Source: Selaginella moellendorffii
Taxonomy: Eukaryota > Plantae > Lycopodiophyta
Reading direction: 5' to 3'
NCBI RefSeq assembly: GCF_000143415.4
Contig: NW_003314322.1
Location: 1,211,567-1,275,566, forward strand
DNA length: 64,000 nucleotides
The notes under the pieces were generated by a model, which saw only the letters and a list, made by a program, of their open reading frames with translations, did no database searches and was not told where the DNA came from. Made by a program: the position numbers and the translations under genes. Position 1 is the first letter of the stretch. Each line of letters starts with the position of its first letter. This document shows positions 61,118 to 64,000 of this stretch, piece by piece.

Positions 61118-62807
61118 TGTAAGCGACTAAATTTTCCANNNNNNNNNNNNNNNNNNNNNNNNNNNNNNNNNNNNNNNNNNNNNNNNNNNNNNNNNNNNNN
61201 NNNNNNNNNNNNNNNNNNNNNNNNNNNNNNNNNNNNNNNNNNNNNNNNNNNNNNNNNNNNNNNNNNNNNNNNNNNNNNNNNNNNNNNNNNNNNNNNNNNN
61301 NNNNNNNNNNNNNNNNNNNNNNNNNNNNNNNNNNNNNNNNNNNNNNNNNNNNNNNNNNNNNNNNNNNNNNNNNNNNNNNNNNNNNNNNNNNNNNNNNNNN
61401 NNNNNNNNNNNNNNNNNNNNNNNNNNNNNNNNNNNNNNNNNNNNNNNNNNNNNNNNNNNNNNNNNNNNNNNNNNNNNNNNNNNNNNNNNNNNNNNNNNNN
61501 NNNNNNNNNNNNNNNNNNNNNNNNNNNNNNNNNNNNNNNNNNNNNNNNNNTGTTTGCCAACACTGCCACTGGATCGAGGCCCACAGGCCCGACCACTAAG
61601 TCCCACGGTCCTCTGGGACTTCCTCACCACATGACTGTGTCCTTGGTCACTACCCCAGAGGACTGCTCCTCTTCCTTTCCACAGTCTGGGCCTTTGGGAC
61701 AACATTTCGGAACACCGTGCCCTTACGTGAGCCACCTGGGTACTCTCCCCGCCTTCCGCCCTTGGGTGCTCTAGCCATGGGCTTAGAGCGAGGTTCCGTT
61801 GAGCCATGCCTGGTATCCAAGTAGGTAGTGCCACCCACACTTGGACTGGGAGCATTAGCCAGTCGATCTCCCGGGGGAACTAGAGCCGGCTCTTGAACAC
61901 TTCACCAAGCTACCCCGCTTGTTGGTCCGTGTTCACTCTAGTCTTGGACTTCCCAGTGGTCAGCTCATCACCCAACACTGGGTCTGGCCTTCCTGGGCCA
62001 AACTAGCCTTTCCTGGCCAAACTGGCTCCATTGGGCTCCAACCCCCACACTCTCCCTACTATACTTTTGGAACCCCCCGGAGCCCCCCCCCGGGGGACAA
62101 TCGCTTTGGGCTTTCACCCAACTGCCTGTATTAGTATTCGAACTCGGACTCGGACTCGGACTCGAACTCGGTCTCGGTCCCGGATTCGGACTCGGACTCG
62201 GTCTTGGTCTCGGTCTCGGTCTCGGTCTCAGTCCCGGCCTCGGTTCCATCTCGGACTCCACCTCGGGTCCATCTCGGACTCCACCTCGGGTCCATCTCGG
62301 ACTCCATCTCGGACTCCATCTCGGACTCCATATCGGACTCCATCTCGGACTCCATATCGGACTCCATCTCGGACTCCATCTTGGACTCCATCTCGGACTC
62401 CATATCGGACTCCATCTCAGACTCCATATTGGACTCCATATCGGACTCCATCTCGGACTCCATCTCGGACTCCATATCGGACTCCATCTCGGACTCCATC
62501 TCGGACTCCATATCGGACTTCACTTCGGGTCCATCTCGGACTCCATCTCGGGTCTGCCTCGGACTCCATCTCGGACACTTCCACGTGTCATGTGTTGGTC
62601 CTTTTGGGTCCCTTTTTAGAGCCTCGCTTATGGCTCACTTCGTGCTCATTCCTCGAGCACTTTGTTGGGAGTTCCACTCCCGCTCTCGACCTTTCAAGTC
62701 GGAGCTTTTAGTCCAAACGTGTTACGCTCGTTTGGCTTTCGCTTCGGCCACTACCACGTGGCGCCCTTCCGGCTCCACTTTGGGGCCTAGGGATTTTGTG
62801 TCTCACA
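61118..62807 (-). mobile_element. Solo LTR of family A
   Basis: TGTAAGCGAC...GTCTCACA flanked by TSD TTCAT on both sides. The 412-N gap equals the length of the missing LTR segment (39699-40110 in copy 1). Confidence 0.85.
61139..61550. other. Assembly gap (412 N)
   Basis: Run of n. Confidence 1.
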
Positions 62808-64000
62808 TTCATGTAAGTAGACTAGCGTCACCATCAACCACTTTGGGGTTGATCATCGTCTAACCAAGCAACTTCGTAACCACATTGCTCATTATCACAT
62901 GGATATGATATAAGTATCACAATGATTTGATTATCAATTGAGTAACACAATGAGCAATGCCTATGTCATTACTTCAAATGTTTATATGAGTATCAAATGT
63001 CAACTCGACAAAATGCAACATAAATGCCACACTCCACCAATAGAGATTTACAACACCTAACACCACTAACTTTTGTTCACAACACGGACAAGCTCATGTG
63101 ACTTTCTTTCTGACCAAACTCAAAACTTAATCCAACACCAAGCTACTCAAGGAGCAATAGCAAGGTTCCCCGGAAATGAATTGAGAATTATAACTCAAGT
63201 CTTCCAATAGCAAGCTTGGACAAAATGGTTTAGCGCTTCACCGCTATCCATCCCATGACTCACCACTTGTAAGACCACTATAACCAACATGCAACAAAAT
63301 AGGGACTTTTGATTGCATAATATGAACACATGCAATGAGTCACACCTTGTTGCGAATCATTTCTCCAAGAAGAGAACATGATTTACGTGTTTGGTCCTTC
63401 GTCCCTGATGACTCTCTTTTCGGTCCCATCTTTGACTAAACCTCAAGCTTGCTTTCGAACTGCCTTCAGTCCAATTCAAAAAACGTTTATAAGATGGCAC
63501 AGCAATGACTACTTGAACCAATAGACTAATCCCTATAGTCTTGATTGATCCACTTATAATCATGCCTAGGAAGGATCCATTAGTGCCGTGTTAAACAGCT
63601 ACGGACCAGCCTATTTGCCACTCATAGCAAACCCAGGGAAAGCTTACTTTCACCCATGGTACATGGAACAATTCATGGAACCACCAATAGGCTAACATTA
63701 ATCCTACCAACTCAAAGCGTAACCTTGAGTTGCTAATGTGCCTCACTCATGAGCCCAAGCTCAAACTCGTGTGAACGGAACATCTCAATCCATCTTATGA
63801 GCCCAAGAGCAAGCTCACAGAATATGGTACAACAAAGTAATGAAATCCATACCCAAAGAACAATTGCGGAGCCTTTGCACCCAAACGTGTACCCACTTGG
63901 ATCATCGTTTTCATCTCTGCGTATACAATGAGACTAGTTGCCCAATCTCATTGTATAGTACCTACTGAGACTCATCCTCTGATACCAAATGTAGCGCACG

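Larger units (their letters stand above)
55682..64000 (-). mobile_element. Family-B non-coding LTR element(s) on the minus strand
   Basis: 3' LTR 55682-56814 with PPT AGGGGGGGAGAG; an extra partial LTR plus PPT at 59562-60243 (59562-61111 duplicates 56141-57697); PBS at 63977-63987; 5' LTR begins at 63990 and runs off the window. No long ORFs. Confidence 0.85.

Noticed and set aside
60983-61855. ORFs spanning X runs
   Set aside because: Artefacts of the N gap.

Overview
Eukaryotic plant nuclear DNA. Very short introns (about 50-60 nt), dense gene packing and abundant PLS-class PPR genes suggest a lycophyte such as Selaginella (inference). The left part (1-38 kb) is gene-rich. Apparently intact genes: the 3' end of delta-COP, RPS6, an NPF3-like transporter, a cytosolic-type oligopeptidase A, two PLS-E PPR ORFs, two GFA/CENP-V paralogues and a candidate small secreted SGP-motif peptide gene. 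These are mixed with deletion-riddled, often intron-retaining fragments of oligopeptidase (x2), RPS6, NPF, a CYP72-clan P450, SR45a, GASA, GH81, PPRs and a SAM-domain gene. Small elements here include 5S-bearing Cassandra-type LTRs, a 5S-less TRIM and a CACTA element with matching TSD. The right part (38.4-64 kb) is a nest of two non-coding LTR retroelement families, called A and B here. It holds one complete LARD-like A copy with TSDs, a second A copy carrying a 5'-truncated LINE and ending in a chimeric A/B LTR, a solo A LTR spanning the assembly gap, and B copies in both orientations. The most interesting unexplained signals are the small secreted peptide gene, a five-hairpin cassette with two tRNA-like T-loops inside family A, PPR L-motifs with long inserts, and a start-less PPR ORF overlapping its neighbour. 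All calls are by-eye readings; no searches were run.
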